Source: an uncultured Candidatus Saccharibacteria bacterium (GTDB lineage: Bacteria; Patescibacteriota; Saccharimonadia; Saccharimonadales; JALRHH01). From it: a stretch of DNA of 64,000 bases. Positions 19,137 through 28,448 of the stretch are shown here, piece after piece. Numbering within the stretch: the first letter of the stretch is position 1; each line of letters opens with the position of its first letter. Where the stretch lies: contig CAZPVS010000002.1 in NCBI GenBank assembly GCA_964590315.1, forward strand, positions 2,693-66,692, in the 5' to 3' direction. A program made the position numbers and the translations under genes. A model generated the notes under the pieces. That model did not search any database. It saw nothing but the letters and a program-made list of their open reading frames with translations, and was not told where the DNA came from.

Positions 19137-19844
19137 ATGGCATATAAGCGAATTCTTCTAAAACTATCGGGTGAGCAGTTGTCCGGGAAGTACGAAGGTG
19201 GAATTGACCCAGAAGTTGCGGGGTTCTTGGCGGAAGAAGTCAAGAAGGTTGCTGCGACTGGGGTGCAGCTCGTCATAGTGATCGGCGGCGGTAATATCGT
19301 CCGCGGTGCGCAGATTGCCGGACATGGCATTAAGCGTGTGACCGGTGACCATATGGGTATGCTTGCCACTATGATTAACGCGCTTGCTCTGACGGATATA
19401 TTTGAGGAACATGGAGTCAAAACACGGTGCTTGTCTAATATTTTTGCAGAGCAAGTCGCTGAAAAGTTTGTGCATCGTCTTGCGCACAAGCATTTTGAAA
19501 AAGGCCGCGTGGTCATTGTCGCAGGTGGTGCCGGGCGTCCCTACATGACAACTGATACGGCAGCGGTTGTGTTGGCACTTGAAATGGACTGTGACGTCGT
19601 TCTAAAGGCGACCAAGGTAGATGGTGTCTATGATCGAGACCCGATTAAGTTCCCTGATGCCCACAAATTAGATACCTTATCTTATCAGCAAGCAGTCAAT
19701 GACACCGCGATTAATATCATGGATAAAGCAGCGATGGCGCTTGCCATGGATCATGCTATGCCACTGATTATCTTTGATGCGTTGAAAGAAGATAACATCG
19801 TGCACGTCGTGAACGGTGCAGCAGTCGGTACGACTATTAGCTAG
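19137..19844 (+). CDS. pyrH: UMP kinase
   Basis: 235 aa. KRILLKLSGEQL and VIVIGGGNIVRG are amino-acid-kinase fold motifs typical of PyrH. Confidence 0.9.
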   Translation: MAYKRILLKLSGEQLSGKYEGGIDPEVAGFLAEEVKKVAATGVQLVIVIGGGNIVRGAQIAGHGIKRVTGDHMGMLATMINALALTDIFEEHGVKTRCLSNIFAEQVAEKFVHRLAHKHFEKGRVVIVAGGAGRPYMTTDTAAVVLALEMDCDVVLKATKVDGVYDRDPIKFPDAHKLDTLSYQQAVNDTAINIMDKAAMALAMDHAMPLIIFDALKEDNIVHVVNGAAVGTTIS

Positions 19845-20436
19845 TGTGCCGGTACTGTTGTTTTACGAACCGGACTATCTGAAAACTTCCGATCGTAATT
19901 GCATAGGCAATGCCGCCAAAATGGCCCACCACCGGCATGCGGCTATTCCGTACGCCTGCGATCTTGGTTTCTGACACAGGCACAAGCCAGTCAACAAGAG
20001 GATGCATGTTGAGCACACGAGTTTTTTGCACATCGTCGAGTGCGGTAATCGTCCGGGATGAATCACTCACCGCATCATATAACGCTGGGTGCTTATCGCG
20101 GAATCTCTGCCCGATGCGCTCCGGATACTGCGACTTGGCACAGACAAGCACGACGGCATTGATGACATCAGCTCGCTCTCCATACGCCGCCATCACTGCT
20201 GAACCACCAGCGCTAATGCCTACCAATGATACGATTGCGTCCTGCGACCTGTAGTAATCGATCCGCTCAAGTAGTCTGTTTAGTTTTGTCGGCCAGGACT
20301 CTGCTTCGAGCCATTTGACGGCACAGATTTCATGGGTAATACCGTGGATATGCCACAGTTTCAGAGCATTCTGCTGGACTGTCAGATTGTGATCACCAAG
20401 CCCCGGCACGTAGATAATGACATGTTGTCTTTTCAC
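19837..20436 (-). CDS. Alpha/beta-fold hydrolase (esterase-like)
   Basis: 199 aa. VIIYVPGLGDH and nucleophile elbow GISAG. GTG start. Confidence 0.55.
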   Translation of the reverse strand: MKRQHVIIYVPGLGDHNLTVQQNALKLWHIHGITHEICAVKWLEAESWPTKLNRLLERIDYYRSQDAIVSLVGISAGGSAVMAAYGERADVINAVVLVCAKSQYPERIGQRFRDKHPALYDAVSDSSRTITALDDVQKTRVLNMHPLVDWLVPVSETKIAGVRNSRMPVVGHFGGIAYAITIGSFQIVRFVKQQYRHTS

Positions 20437-20468
20437 GAGTTTTCACATCTTTTCACGAGTTTTCACGG
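20429..20468. repeat. Tandem 20-bp direct duplication spanning a gene junction
   Basis: cttttcacgagttttcacat followed by cttttcacgagttttcacgg. On the minus strand one copy encodes the C-terminus (VKTREKM) of the upstream gene. The other provides the spacer plus GTG start of the next gene. Confidence 0.8.
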
Positions 20469-21297
20469 GCAACGGGATAAAGATAGATGTCCGTTGGGCG
20501 TAAGCTTTGAATGCAGGATTATCTGCATAGCGCTTTTCGAGTAATGGCACACCCGAAACTTTGAGGATGAGATACGTAATCGTGAAAGCCCCTAGTATGC
20601 CCCACCATTGACCATATGCACCTGCGACAAGCGCAGCACCCCACCACAGGGTTACTTCGCCAAAGTAATTTGGGTGGCGGCTGTATTCCCAGAGACCAGA
20701 TTGCATAATGCCTTTCTTGCCAGAACGTAAGTACTGACGAAGCTGATAATCTGCCACAGCTTCAAATACTAATCCAAAGACCCATATGAGCAGTCCACCG
20801 TATGCAAGCAGGGTGTATGGTTCTTGCGGTGATTGCATAATTGCTACGACGGGTAGGCTCACAATCAGTAAGAGTATTCCCTGGATGAGAAAGATTTTCA
20901 CATAGGTACGGAGCCAGTCAGCGGCTGAAGATAGCCCCCCCATCTGCTGGTAGCGGTAATCCTCTTTCTTATTCCAGTTACGAATAGTGATGTGCGTGAA
21001 TAACCGAAGCCCCCAAATTGTTACCAGGAGTAAGGTGGCTGTGGCAAAAAATGATTCATTATTACGCAGTGTAAATGCCAGCCATGCGACAAGCACAAAG
21101 CCAAGCCCCCACGCGCTGTCGATGATGTCCCGACGCTTAAGTACGACAGCGAGCGTAAACCAGGCGGTCATATATACGAGGACACTGAGTGCAATTGTGG
21201 TTAAGATATCAGTCAATGAATACATACACTGATAGTAGCAGATTACTGAATCAATCATAAAATCGTACAAATTTATGAGACGAGATTTCATTTGCAT
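20443..21297 (-). CDS. DUF1295 / steroid 5-alpha-reductase-like polytopic membrane protein
   Basis: Multi-TM protein with [22 protein letters not shown] and [15 protein letters not shown] motifs. The track ORF runs over tRNA-Ser, so the start was trimmed to Met68. Met70 and Met92 are also possible starts. Confidence 0.7.
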   Translation of the reverse strand: MQMKSRLINLYDFMIDSVICYYQCMYSLTDILTTIALSVLVYMTAWFTLAVVLKRRDIIDSAWGLGFVLVAWLAFTLRNNESFFATATLLLVTIWGLRLFTHITIRNWNKKEDYRYQQMGGLSSAADWLRTYVKIFLIQGILLLIVSLPVVAIMQSPQEPYTLLAYGGLLIWVFGLVFEAVADYQLRQYLRSGKKGIMQSGLWEYSRHPNYFGEVTLWWGAALVAGAYGQWWGILGAFTITYLILKVSGVPLLEKRYADNPAFKAYAQRTSIFIPLPVKTREKM

Positions 21298-21312
21298 CCC
21301 ACTAAAGCAAGT

Positions 21313-21337
21313 TAAAAACCCAAGTACATGACTTGGG
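21313..21337 (-). terminator. Rho-independent terminator following tRNA-Ser
   Basis: Minus strand reads CCCAAGT-catgt-ACTTGGG followed by TTTTT. Confidence 0.7.
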
Positions 21338-21346
21338 CTCATAGCT

Positions 21347-21434
21347 TGGCGGAGGGAGAGGGATTCGAACCCTCGAGGGCTTGCACCCAACACGCTTTCC
21401 AAGCGTGCGCCATAGGCCACTAGGCGACCCCTCC
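21347..21434 (-). tRNA. tRNA-Ser (anticodon GGA), CCA encoded
   Basis: Reverse complement GGAGGGGTCGCCTAGTGGCCTATGGCGCACGCTTGGAAAGCGTGTTGGGTGCAAGCCCTCGAGGGTTCGAATCCCTCTCCCTCCGCCA. Anticodon loop TTGGAAA, long variable arm, T arm GAGGG-TTCGAAT-CCCTC. Confidence 0.92.
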
Positions 21435-21579
21435 ATGCGCTCTTTGGTGTATAAAGATGTGCGTCAGTAGCACCCGCATGACGGCTTGTGCATACCACCT
21501 TGTTGTTGCACCCGCATAGTATATCGAAATTTTACTAAAATTACACCTTGAAACATCAACCGTATAAGGGGTACACTAA

Positions 21580-22467
21580 ATGACAATGCCTATCATTTTG
21601 TTGGAAGACGTTCATAAGCTATACGGGTTTGGAGATGCGACGACAGTTGCGCTTGACGCGGTTACTCTCTCTGTGGATCGGGGTGAGTTTGTAGCGGTTA
21701 TGGGGCCAAGTGGCTCTGGTAAGACAACACTTATGAATGTGATTGGGTTATTAGATCGCCCAACGTATGGCAAATACGTCCTTGATGGTCGGCATGTTGC
21801 TCGATTACATTCAAGCCAGCGGGCTAAAGTCCGCCGAGACAAAGTAGGATATGTGTTCCAGTCATTTAACTTGCTGCCTCGCCTGACAGTCATCGAAAAC
21901 GTTGCCTTACCACTGGCATATACCGGAATGCTTCAGACCAAGCGACTCAAAAAAGCTGCGGCAATGCTGGAACGCGTCGGGTTGAGTGAGCGCGAGTACT
22001 ACCTCCCTGGTCAGTTGAGCGGTGGTCAGGCCCAGCGCGTGGCAATTGCTCGTGCACTCATCAATGAGCCGCAAATAATTATCGCGGATGAACCAACTGG
22101 TAATCTTGATAGCGAAAGCAGTCGTCTGGTCATGGAACTGCTTGCGGATATCCATAAGGCCGGTAATACCATTTTGATGGTGACCCATAATCCTTCCCTT
22201 ACCCGATATGCAAGCCGAGTTGTGTTCATGCATGATGGTAGTGTGGTTGCTGATGAACAAACGGCGTTGGGTGAGATACCAGATGTCTTACGAAGGAGTA
22301 TGTATTTTATGCCTCGCCGAACAGTTGATGATGACCTAAAGGGCGTCTCTACACTGATGAAGAACATGCCGGATAGTGCTGAAAAGCTAGCTAAGAAGGT
22401 CGTACAAAAGCCTGTACGTAAAAAGTCTGCCTATAAGGCGGCGAAGAAGCCAAGGAAAAAATCATAA
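21580..22467 (+). CDS. ABC transporter ATP-binding protein (MacB/LolD-type) with basic C-terminal tail
   Basis: Walker A GPSGSGKTT, signature LSGGQAQRVAIARAL, Walker B IIIADEPT. About 70 aa of lysine-rich extension. Confidence 0.9.
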   Translation: MTMPIILLEDVHKLYGFGDATTVALDAVTLSVDRGEFVAVMGPSGSGKTTLMNVIGLLDRPTYGKYVLDGRHVARLHSSQRAKVRRDKVGYVFQSFNLLPRLTVIENVALPLAYTGMLQTKRLKKAAAMLERVGLSEREYYLPGQLSGGQAQRVAIARALINEPQIIIADEPTGNLDSESSRLVMELLADIHKAGNTILMVTHNPSLTRYASRVVFMHDGSVVADEQTALGEIPDVLRRSMYFMPRRTVDDDLKGVSTLMKNMPDSAEKLAKKVVQKPVRKKSAYKAAKKPRKKS

Positions 22468-23693
22468 TGGTGACAGGTAATTTCAAAATGGCGCTGGACT
22501 CCATCCGCTCTGCAAAGTGGCGGAGTTTCTTGACGATGCTGGGAATTATCATTGGCGTGGTGAGTGTCGTGACCATTGTGAGCATCGGAGAAGGCATCAA
22601 GAAGCAAATAACCGATCAAATAAATTACCTTGGATCGGATCTTGTGACGATTCGCCCCGGCAAAATTGAATCACGGGATAATGGAGGTTACTTGCCGGGA
22701 GTGAACTTCGTGAACCCACTCGGGACAGGATCTTTATCAGAAAAAGATTTAAAAACCGTACAAGCAACACCGGGGGTGACTGCAACGGTTCCTTTCAGCG
22801 TTGTCACGGGTGTCCCGAAGGCCGATAAGAAAGAATTGAAACAAGCCATGATTCTCGGCACGACAGAGGATCTCCCCCGGGTGCTCAATCAAAAGATTGC
22901 TTATGGCGAATTCTTTGACTCATCTGACACGACACGGCCAGTTGCGGTCATTGGACAACGAGTTGCCGAGGAGCTCTTTGAAGAATCTGTACCTATCGGG
23001 AGGAGCATGCAGATCCGTGGGGAAAACTTCGTGGTGCTCGGCGTATTTGAAGAGTTCAAGAATGTAGCATTGAGCACGAGCTTAGACTATAACGGAGCCA
23101 TATTTATTCCATTTGAAACAGGTAAGCGCATTAGTGGTGGCCAGGCGAACATACAACAGATTCTCACCAAACCCACAGATGTTGAGTACACGGATTCCGT
23201 AGTGAGTGCGCTCAAGCAACGGCTACTGACAGCCCACGCTGGTCAAGATGATTTCTCCGTCCTCCAGCAGGCAGATAACTTGGCAATTGCTAATACAGTG
23301 CTTGATTTACTCACTCGGTTAATAGCTGCTGTTGCGACTGTGTCGTTGATTGTAGGAGGGATCGGCATCATGAATGTCATGCTTGTTGCAGTCACAGAGC
23401 GGACCCAAGAGATTGGCATACGAAAGGCGGTCGGAGCCACCAATAATCAGATACTCAATCAGTTCCTTATCGAATCTGCTGTGATCAGCCTTGTTGGAGG
23501 GATTGTGGGAGTTCTCGTGTCGCTGGTTGCTAATGGTATCATCCGGATCGTGACCGATCTCGAACCCGTTATAACACTCCCAATTATGGGCCTTGCGGTT
23601 GTGGTTGCGCTCGTCGTGGGTATCATATTTGGTGTCGCACCCGCATTAAAGGCGGCCAGCAAAGATCCGATTACTGCACTGCGCCGTATGTAA
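22467..23693 (+). CDS. ABC transporter permease (MacB periplasmic core + FtsX domain)
   Basis: 408 aa. N-terminal TM, a large extracytoplasmic domain, C-terminal FtsX-like TMs with RTQEIGIRKAVGA. Its start overlaps the ATPase stop. Confidence 0.88.
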   Translation: MVTGNFKMALDSIRSAKWRSFLTMLGIIIGVVSVVTIVSIGEGIKKQITDQINYLGSDLVTIRPGKIESRDNGGYLPGVNFVNPLGTGSLSEKDLKTVQATPGVTATVPFSVVTGVPKADKKELKQAMILGTTEDLPRVLNQKIAYGEFFDSSDTTRPVAVIGQRVAEELFEESVPIGRSMQIRGENFVVLGVFEEFKNVALSTSLDYNGAIFIPFETGKRISGGQANIQQILTKPTDVEYTDSVVSALKQRLLTAHAGQDDFSVLQQADNLAIANTVLDLLTRLIAAVATVSLIVGGIGIMNVMLVAVTERTQEIGIRKAVGATNNQILNQFLIESAVISLVGGIVGVLVSLVANGIIRIVTDLEPVITLPIMGLAVVVALVVGIIFGVAPALKAASKDPITALRRM

Positions 23694-23695
23694 AA

Positions 23696-23733
23696 ATAAC
23701 CCGCTATCCAGTTGTAGCGGGTTATTTGTTTTC
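23696..23733 (+). terminator. Rho-independent terminator of the ABC operon
   Basis: ATAACCCGCTA-loop-TAGCGGGTTAT followed by TTGTTTTC. Confidence 0.8.
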
Positions 23734-23754
23734 TCGTTTTCTGCCGGCGCAGGC

Positions 23755-23934
23755 TTACCGTGAGCGTTGTGGTGTTTTGAAGCCTTTTCCTTGAGCCTCT
23801 GATATGCCAATAGCAATAGCCTGTTTCCTACTCGTCACTTTTTTGCCATGAGGGCCACTCTTAAGCTTCCCTTGTCCGTATTCGTGCATAACATCGTGAA
23901 TGGTAGTCTGCGCTTTTGGCCCGTATTTATTCAT
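23755..23934 (-). CDS. Small basic protein, DUF6496-like
   Basis: MHEYGQGKLKSGPHGKKVTSRKQAIAIGISEA motif. Start set at MNKYGPKAQ, preceded by GGAGG 9 nt upstream. Confidence 0.55.
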   Translation of the reverse strand: MNKYGPKAQTTIHDVMHEYGQGKLKSGPHGKKVTSRKQAIAIGISEAQGKGFKTPQRSR

Positions 23935-23956
23935 AGGCTTTGGCCTCCACTTTACA

Positions 23957-24232
23957 TTATCGAGATACATGCGCGCCGTTACCTCGTCCGAGGGCGCGCA
24001 TCAAGAATAATAGTACAACTGCTCCAAGCACTGCTACTAATAAGCTACCGAAGCTAAATCCAGACACGTCTCCTCCTAATAGTCGTACGATGAATCCACC
24101 AATAAACGCACCGATAATACCAACAACGATATTGCCAAGCGCACCCTGCTGGGCGTTAGTCCCCATGATTATTGAGGCGATCCATCCCGCCAATGCTCCA
24201 AAAATAATCCACGCAATTATATCGAGTACCAT
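23957..24232 (-). CDS. GlsB/YeaQ/YmgE-family (transglycosylase-associated) membrane protein
   Basis: 91 aa. [20 protein letters not shown]...[22 protein letters not shown]. Confidence 0.75.
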   Translation of the reverse strand: MVLDIIAWIIFGALAGWIASIIMGTNAQQGALGNIVVGIIGAFIGGFIVRLLGGDVSGFSFGSLLVAVLGAVVLLFLMRALGRGNGAHVSR

Positions 24233-24235
24233 ATA

Positions 24236-24532
24236 TTATTTCCTTTCCTCATTAGAGTCTTTTTTATGTTCTGTGGTCATGTCATTAGCACCATACATTC
24301 CTGCTTGCGGCAACGTAGACTGTTGTACTTCTTCTGCGGTCGATTGCACTACGTACTTTACATCGTCCTTAGCCTTCCGTGTGCGCTGCTGCACTTTTGT
24401 AGCTGCATGGCGGAGCTTATCTCGTGTCTCTCGTCCGCTCTTGGGTGCTAATAAAAGCGCCACGCCCGCGCCCACTATGCCTGCTAAGACAGATGTTTTG
24501 AATAATAGCGCTGGCGTCTGATTTCCTGTCAT
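24236..24532 (-). CDS. YtxH domain-containing protein
   Basis: TM followed by LLAPKSGRETRDKL. Start set at MTGNQ (ATG 24530-24532), preceded by AAAGGAG 6 nt upstream. Confidence 0.6.
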   Translation of the reverse strand: MTGNQTPALLFKTSVLAGIVGAGVALLLAPKSGRETRDKLRHAATKVQQRTRKAKDDVKYVVQSTAEEVQQSTLPQAGMYGANDMTTEHKKDSNEERK

Positions 24533-24638
24533 TTCTACTCCTTTCATTACCTGTTCCATTATAGGAATGAGTTCGTAGCGTAGCTGTAACATATTTCATA
24601 TCATCGAGCGCGCCAGCAGGAGCTGTTACAATGGCCGT

Positions 24639-25100
24639 ATGCAGATCACTATTATTGCAATCGGAAAAGAGTCAGACCCTGCTTATCGCAGTATCATGCG
24701 CGAATATGAGAAGCGGCTTTCCCCACATGCGGCAATTAGGTGGAACTTGTTACCCGCCGTTCAAAGTAAAAACACTGAAGACATAAAAAAGCATGAAAGC
24801 GCGGCAATTCTTACCCGCTGCAGACCAAACGACACGATTATTTTGCTTGATGAACGAGGCACTCAGTTCACGAATACCGTATTTTCTACGAAGTTTACTC
24901 AGCTGGCCGGCGAGCATGGACACGTTGTGTTTGTGATCGGGGGTGCATTCGGGGTTGATGCGACAGTTCGGGAGCGGGCACGATTGGTATGGTCGTTCTC
25001 AGACTTGGTTTTTCCGCATCAGATGATGAGAGTCCTTCTTCTCGAGCAGCTTTACCGGACATTTATGATACTGCGTGGTCATCCGTATCACCACGTTTAG
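24639..25100 (+). CDS. rlmH: 23S rRNA (pseudouridine1915-N3)-methyltransferase RlmH (SPOUT)
   Basis: 153 aa. MQITIIAIGK...VFVIGGAFG...FPHQMMRVLLLEQLYRTFMILRGHPYHH. Confidence 0.88.
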   Translation: MQITIIAIGKESDPAYRSIMREYEKRLSPHAAIRWNLLPAVQSKNTEDIKKHESAAILTRCRPNDTIILLDERGTQFTNTVFSTKFTQLAGEHGHVVFVIGGAFGVDATVRERARLVWSFSDLVFPHQMMRVLLLEQLYRTFMILRGHPYHHV

Positions 25101-25107
25101 CCAGTAT

Positions 25108-25734
25108 CTACGGCCAGGTAATCAGTGCAAGACTTTGTTCGGCACGGACGGTGAGCCCGTGTGCATGAGCCCATGCATCAACGGCTTTACGGGCACCGGG
25201 GAGCGCCTCTGACTGATAATCATCAACTAGCACACGAGCACCGGGGCTGAGATGAGGTGTAATATGGCGGAGGCTGGCCGTGATGGACTGGAAAAAATCT
25301 CCATCCAAAAAAGCGAATGCGATGTCCTGTGGGATATCAGCAGCGGATAGTTCATTAAACCACCCTTTGTGGATGGTGGGGAGTGGCAGCCCCGCCTGTT
25401 TAAAATTTCGAATAAATTGGGTCTTGGTAGCCGTCAATTCACCCTTAACGAACTGCTCGCCTGCAGGACTGGTATCTTCGGGTGATTTATCGGGCAAACC
25501 GGTAAATGAATCGTAGACATGATACGTACGACGGGGGTCTTCTGCCTGAAGTACGCGTTGAATGAATAATGAAGTTGTGCCGTTATAGCAACCAAATTCA
25601 ACGACATCTCCTGGTACGCGGGCAGTGAGTATTCGTTCTAATTCCCGCACAATAACTGTCAGTTCAGCGTAGTCAATTTGGTCACTCACAAGAGGAAACC
25701 GTCGTATATCAATCATACGCAGGTAGTGTAACAA
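25108..25734 (-). CDS. TylF/MycF-family class I SAM-dependent O-methyltransferase
   Basis: GDVVEFGCYNGTTSLF, DSFTGLP and FLDGDFFQSI motifs. Confidence 0.7.
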   Translation of the reverse strand: MLHYLRMIDIRRFPLVSDQIDYAELTVIVRELERILTARVPGDVVEFGCYNGTTSLFIQRVLQAEDPRRTYHVYDSFTGLPDKSPEDTSPAGEQFVKGELTATKTQFIRNFKQAGLPLPTIHKGWFNELSAADIPQDIAFAFLDGDFFQSITASLRHITPHLSPGARVLVDDYQSEALPGARKAVDAWAHAHGLTVRAEQSLALITWP

Positions 25735-25746
25735 ACGACACCAGTG

Positions 25747-25884
25747 CTACATAATGTCGTATTCACCAATTACCGTCGCGCTATGTCTGTTGCGGGTAAT
25801 TGTTTGGAGTTCCTCGTATGTCACGCCATGATTCTCTGGCGTGTGTATCAAGTCGTTTCTCCTCTGGGCATCGCGCTGTACCAT
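25747..25884 (-). CDS. Unannotated 45-aa ORF (MVQRDAQRRNDLIHTPENHGVTYEELQTITRNRHSATVIGEYDIM)
   Basis: Own translation. ATG preceded by GGGAGGTGA with a 6-nt spacer. Lies between two same-strand genes. Below the 60-aa cutoff of the track. Confidence 0.45.
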   Translation of the reverse strand: MVQRDAQRRNDLIHTPENHGVTYEELQTITRNRHSATVIGEYDIM

Positions 25885-25954
25885 GGCTCACCTCCCTCGT
25901 TACCGTATAAGTATTGGGGACTCAACGATCTATTACAATGAGATATCTCGCATT

Positions 25955-26593
25955 CTAGGTATCGTAAGAATAGTGTGATTTCAGAAGTGTTATCCGGAGT
26001 AGCACGGCGGCAATGTGGAGTGTGACCGCGATGCTCAAGAATGCGACGAGTGCGTTGGTGATATGTCCAAGCGACATGAGTCCACTGAATAGTGCCTCAA
26101 ATGAGTCGAGCCATACCGGTGCAAATCCTGTCAGCCAGAACACACTATAAAATACGAGCGCCAGTCCGGCGGTTGCTCGTAAAACAAATCGAGTCACGAT
26201 GGCTAGCCAGAAATCAGAGTTGTGAAATGAACGAGGGTGTGCAAATGATGAGGAGACTTGAATGTCGCGGTTGATGTCGATGATAAATGTGACGAGCGCC
26301 CACGACAATATATACACCACGGTTCCGATCATGAACCAAAATCCGAACAGGAAGAAACGACCCCACTTATCATCTTGGTTAAAATAATCGAATAAGGTGT
26401 CGCGTGCACTGGCCATCGTTGCTAGTAAACTTTGCGAATCTGCCCCGCCCTGTCCCTGAATGGCAACATGGTATAGTGCGAGTCCAAGCATGATGAGTAT
26501 AACTAACGTATACCCAATGAGTTCTTCCGATTCAGGCCGTAGAAAACGCCAAAGTTCTCGGAGCGTGGAGTGATTCTGCATATGCTCTATCAT
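25955..26593 (-). CDS. Polytopic membrane protein, unknown function
   Basis: Several hydrophobic helices. The track start lies inside the upstream kinase gene, so the start was trimmed to MIEHMQNH (26593); 26581 is an alternative. Confidence 0.55.
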   Translation of the reverse strand: MIEHMQNHSTLRELWRFLRPESEELIGYTLVILIMLGLALYHVAIQGQGGADSQSLLATMASARDTLFDYFNQDDKWGRFFLFGFWFMIGTVVYILSWALVTFIIDINRDIQVSSSFAHPRSFHNSDFWLAIVTRFVLRATAGLALVFYSVFWLTGFAPVWLDSFEALFSGLMSLGHITNALVAFLSIAVTLHIAAVLLRITLLKSHYSYDT

Positions 26594-26618
26594 ACCATGA
26601 GAGCACGCTGTATGATGA

Positions 26619-27632
26619 TCAATCTGCCGCTGGTAGGGTGATGGTAAACGTACTCCCCTTCCCAAGTGTGCTGCGGACGTCAATATGGCCATGGTGTCGT
26701 TCTACGATACTTTTTGCAATCGCCAAACCTAAGCCATAACCCTGAATGTCTCGCTTGGAGCGAGAATAATCGGCCCGGTAAAATCTATCAAAAACATGAC
26801 GGATTTCACCGGCCGCTATTCCAGGTCCATCGTCTATCACTGCTATGCTAATGTCCTTCTGTGCTTTGGCAACCTGTATGATGATTTCACTCTTTACGGG
26901 CGAGTATTTAATTGCATTATCAAGAAGTGTCACAAGTGCTTCAGTCATGCTTGTTTGATCAATAAGCACAGCAGGAGTTGATACTATCTTGGGAGTGATG
27001 ATAATATGCCGTTCTTCTGCTCGCGGGAGTACGTGGTCAATCGCAGCCATAACAATAACTTCTGGCTGCACGGGAGTTTTGGGTATGTCACGGTTTTCAA
27101 GACGCGAGAGCTGCAGCAGCCCATCAGCTAAAGCGGTTAATTTATCAAGTTCCTCTATGTTACTGCGTAGTTGCTGCTTTGCATTGGAAAGGGTTAATTT
27201 TGGGTTCATGAGCGCGACTTCGTTCTCGCTCCGCATGACGGTTATAGGTGTTCTCAGTTCATGGCTCGCATCAGCAGTAAACTGACTCTGGGCTTCATGC
27301 GCCTCTTCAATAGGCCGAAGCGTTCTCAGTGCCAGGTAGTAACTGAGGAGCCCACCACCAGTGAGAATGATAACGTTAAGCAGCACCAAACGCGCGACCA
27401 CCCTGCTCTGGGCTTCGTCATATTGTACGGTGCGGGCATGACGAATTTGCTCGCGCAGGGCTCGCGGAATGTTTGCACCATATGGCGTGTCAAGGATGGT
27501 TCCTTGCCGTTCAAAACTGCGGTTTAACTCTGTCATGTACGCTTGGTACAGCGTGGCACTAAAGAAAACGCTGATAACCATGAGGATTCCCAGATAAAAG
27601 GCTGCCAGCTTAATCGATGCCTTGTGAAACAT
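26619..27632 (-). CDS. Sensor histidine kinase
   Basis: 337 aa with two TMs. H-box SHELRTPITVM, LLDNAIKYSP, DDGPGIA, GYGLGLAIAK. Confidence 0.88.
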   Translation of the reverse strand: MFHKASIKLAAFYLGILMVISVFFSATLYQAYMTELNRSFERQGTILDTPYGANIPRALREQIRHARTVQYDEAQSRVVARLVLLNVIILTGGGLLSYYLALRTLRPIEEAHEAQSQFTADASHELRTPITVMRSENEVALMNPKLTLSNAKQQLRSNIEELDKLTALADGLLQLSRLENRDIPKTPVQPEVIVMAAIDHVLPRAEERHIIITPKIVSTPAVLIDQTSMTEALVTLLDNAIKYSPVKSEIIIQVAKAQKDISIAVIDDGPGIAAGEIRHVFDRFYRADYSRSKRDIQGYGLGLAIAKSIVERHHGHIDVRSTLGKGSTFTITLPAAD

Positions 27633-28312
27633 TACTTCCCTGCTCCAAAGTAATAACCAAAACCGCGGCGTGTATGAATGAGGTTTGGTCCCGTAAACGG
27701 CTTATCTATCTTACTCCGAAGATAGCCAACGTATACTTCAACGGTGTTTGGCAGAATATCGGCATCATAATTCCAGACATGTTGTATAAGCGCTTCTTTA
27801 CTCACGATGCGGTCTGGATTGTGCATGAAGTAGTGTAATAGCGCAAATTCTTTAGCGGTCAACGTAATCGGGTGCTTGTCACGCCTCACAAACATATTTT
27901 CTGGATCGAGGACGAGTGTGTCATAGGAGAGCACCGGATTGTGCGCTTGGGGTGCTCGGCGAAGCAAAGCACGGACACGGGCGATTAACTCTACAAAAGC
28001 AAATGGTTTGACAAGATAGTCGTCCGCTCCCGCGTTGAGTCCTTCCGCCCGATCAAGCACCCGGTCTTTTGCGGTCAATAGGAGCACCGGTACATGATTA
28101 CGCAGCTCTCGCATATTCCGGAGGATACCAATGCCATCCACACTGCCTGGTAGCATCCGGTCCAGAATAATCAAATCGTACGGCTCTGTTGTCGCCATTG
28201 CCAGTCCGCTGTCTCCGTCATACGCAACATCGACGGCGTAGGAATGCTGCTCGAGTCCTCGTTTGAGGGCATTCGCTATTTTGTGCTCGTCCTCGACAAT
28301 AAGTATGCGCAT
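27632..28312 (-). CDS. OmpR-family DNA-binding response regulator
   Basis: Receiver (MRILIVEDE, DLIILDRMLPG) plus winged-helix output (LTAKEFALLHYFMHNP...VWN...VEVYVGYLRSKI). Confidence 0.9.
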   Translation of the reverse strand: MRILIVEDEHKIANALKRGLEQHSYAVDVAYDGDSGLAMATTEPYDLIILDRMLPGSVDGIGILRNMRELRNHVPVLLLTAKDRVLDRAEGLNAGADDYLVKPFAFVELIARVRALLRRAPQAHNPVLSYDTLVLDPENMFVRRDKHPITLTAKEFALLHYFMHNPDRIVSKEALIQHVWNYDADILPNTVEVYVGYLRSKIDKPFTGPNLIHTRRGFGYYFGAGK

Positions 28313-28393
28313 ACAAACTATTGTACGCTTTTACCTGAAAAATCACTGAGAGCTTATCGCCGATGCGACCCGAGACATGCCGGAGGCTGTGTT

Positions 28394-28424
28394 ACATAAA
28401 AACCACCGGATATCCGGTGGTTTG
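28394..28424 (-). terminator. Rho-independent terminator
   Basis: Minus strand reads AAACCACCGGATATCCGGTGGTTTTTAT. Confidence 0.8.
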
Positions 28425-28448
28425 TGAAGAGTTAGGGCGCGTAATTGT

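Noticed and set aside
21298-21498. N-terminal 67 codons of the track ORF 20443-21498
   Set aside because: This part reads straight through tRNA-Ser(GGA) and its terminator. The DUF1295 homology begins only after the internal Met codons.
23940-24521. 193-aa plus-strand ORF
   Set aside because: It is antisense to three short genes with recognisable families (DUF6496-like, GlsB/YeaQ/YmgE, YtxH), each with its own RBS. Its translation is low-complexity.
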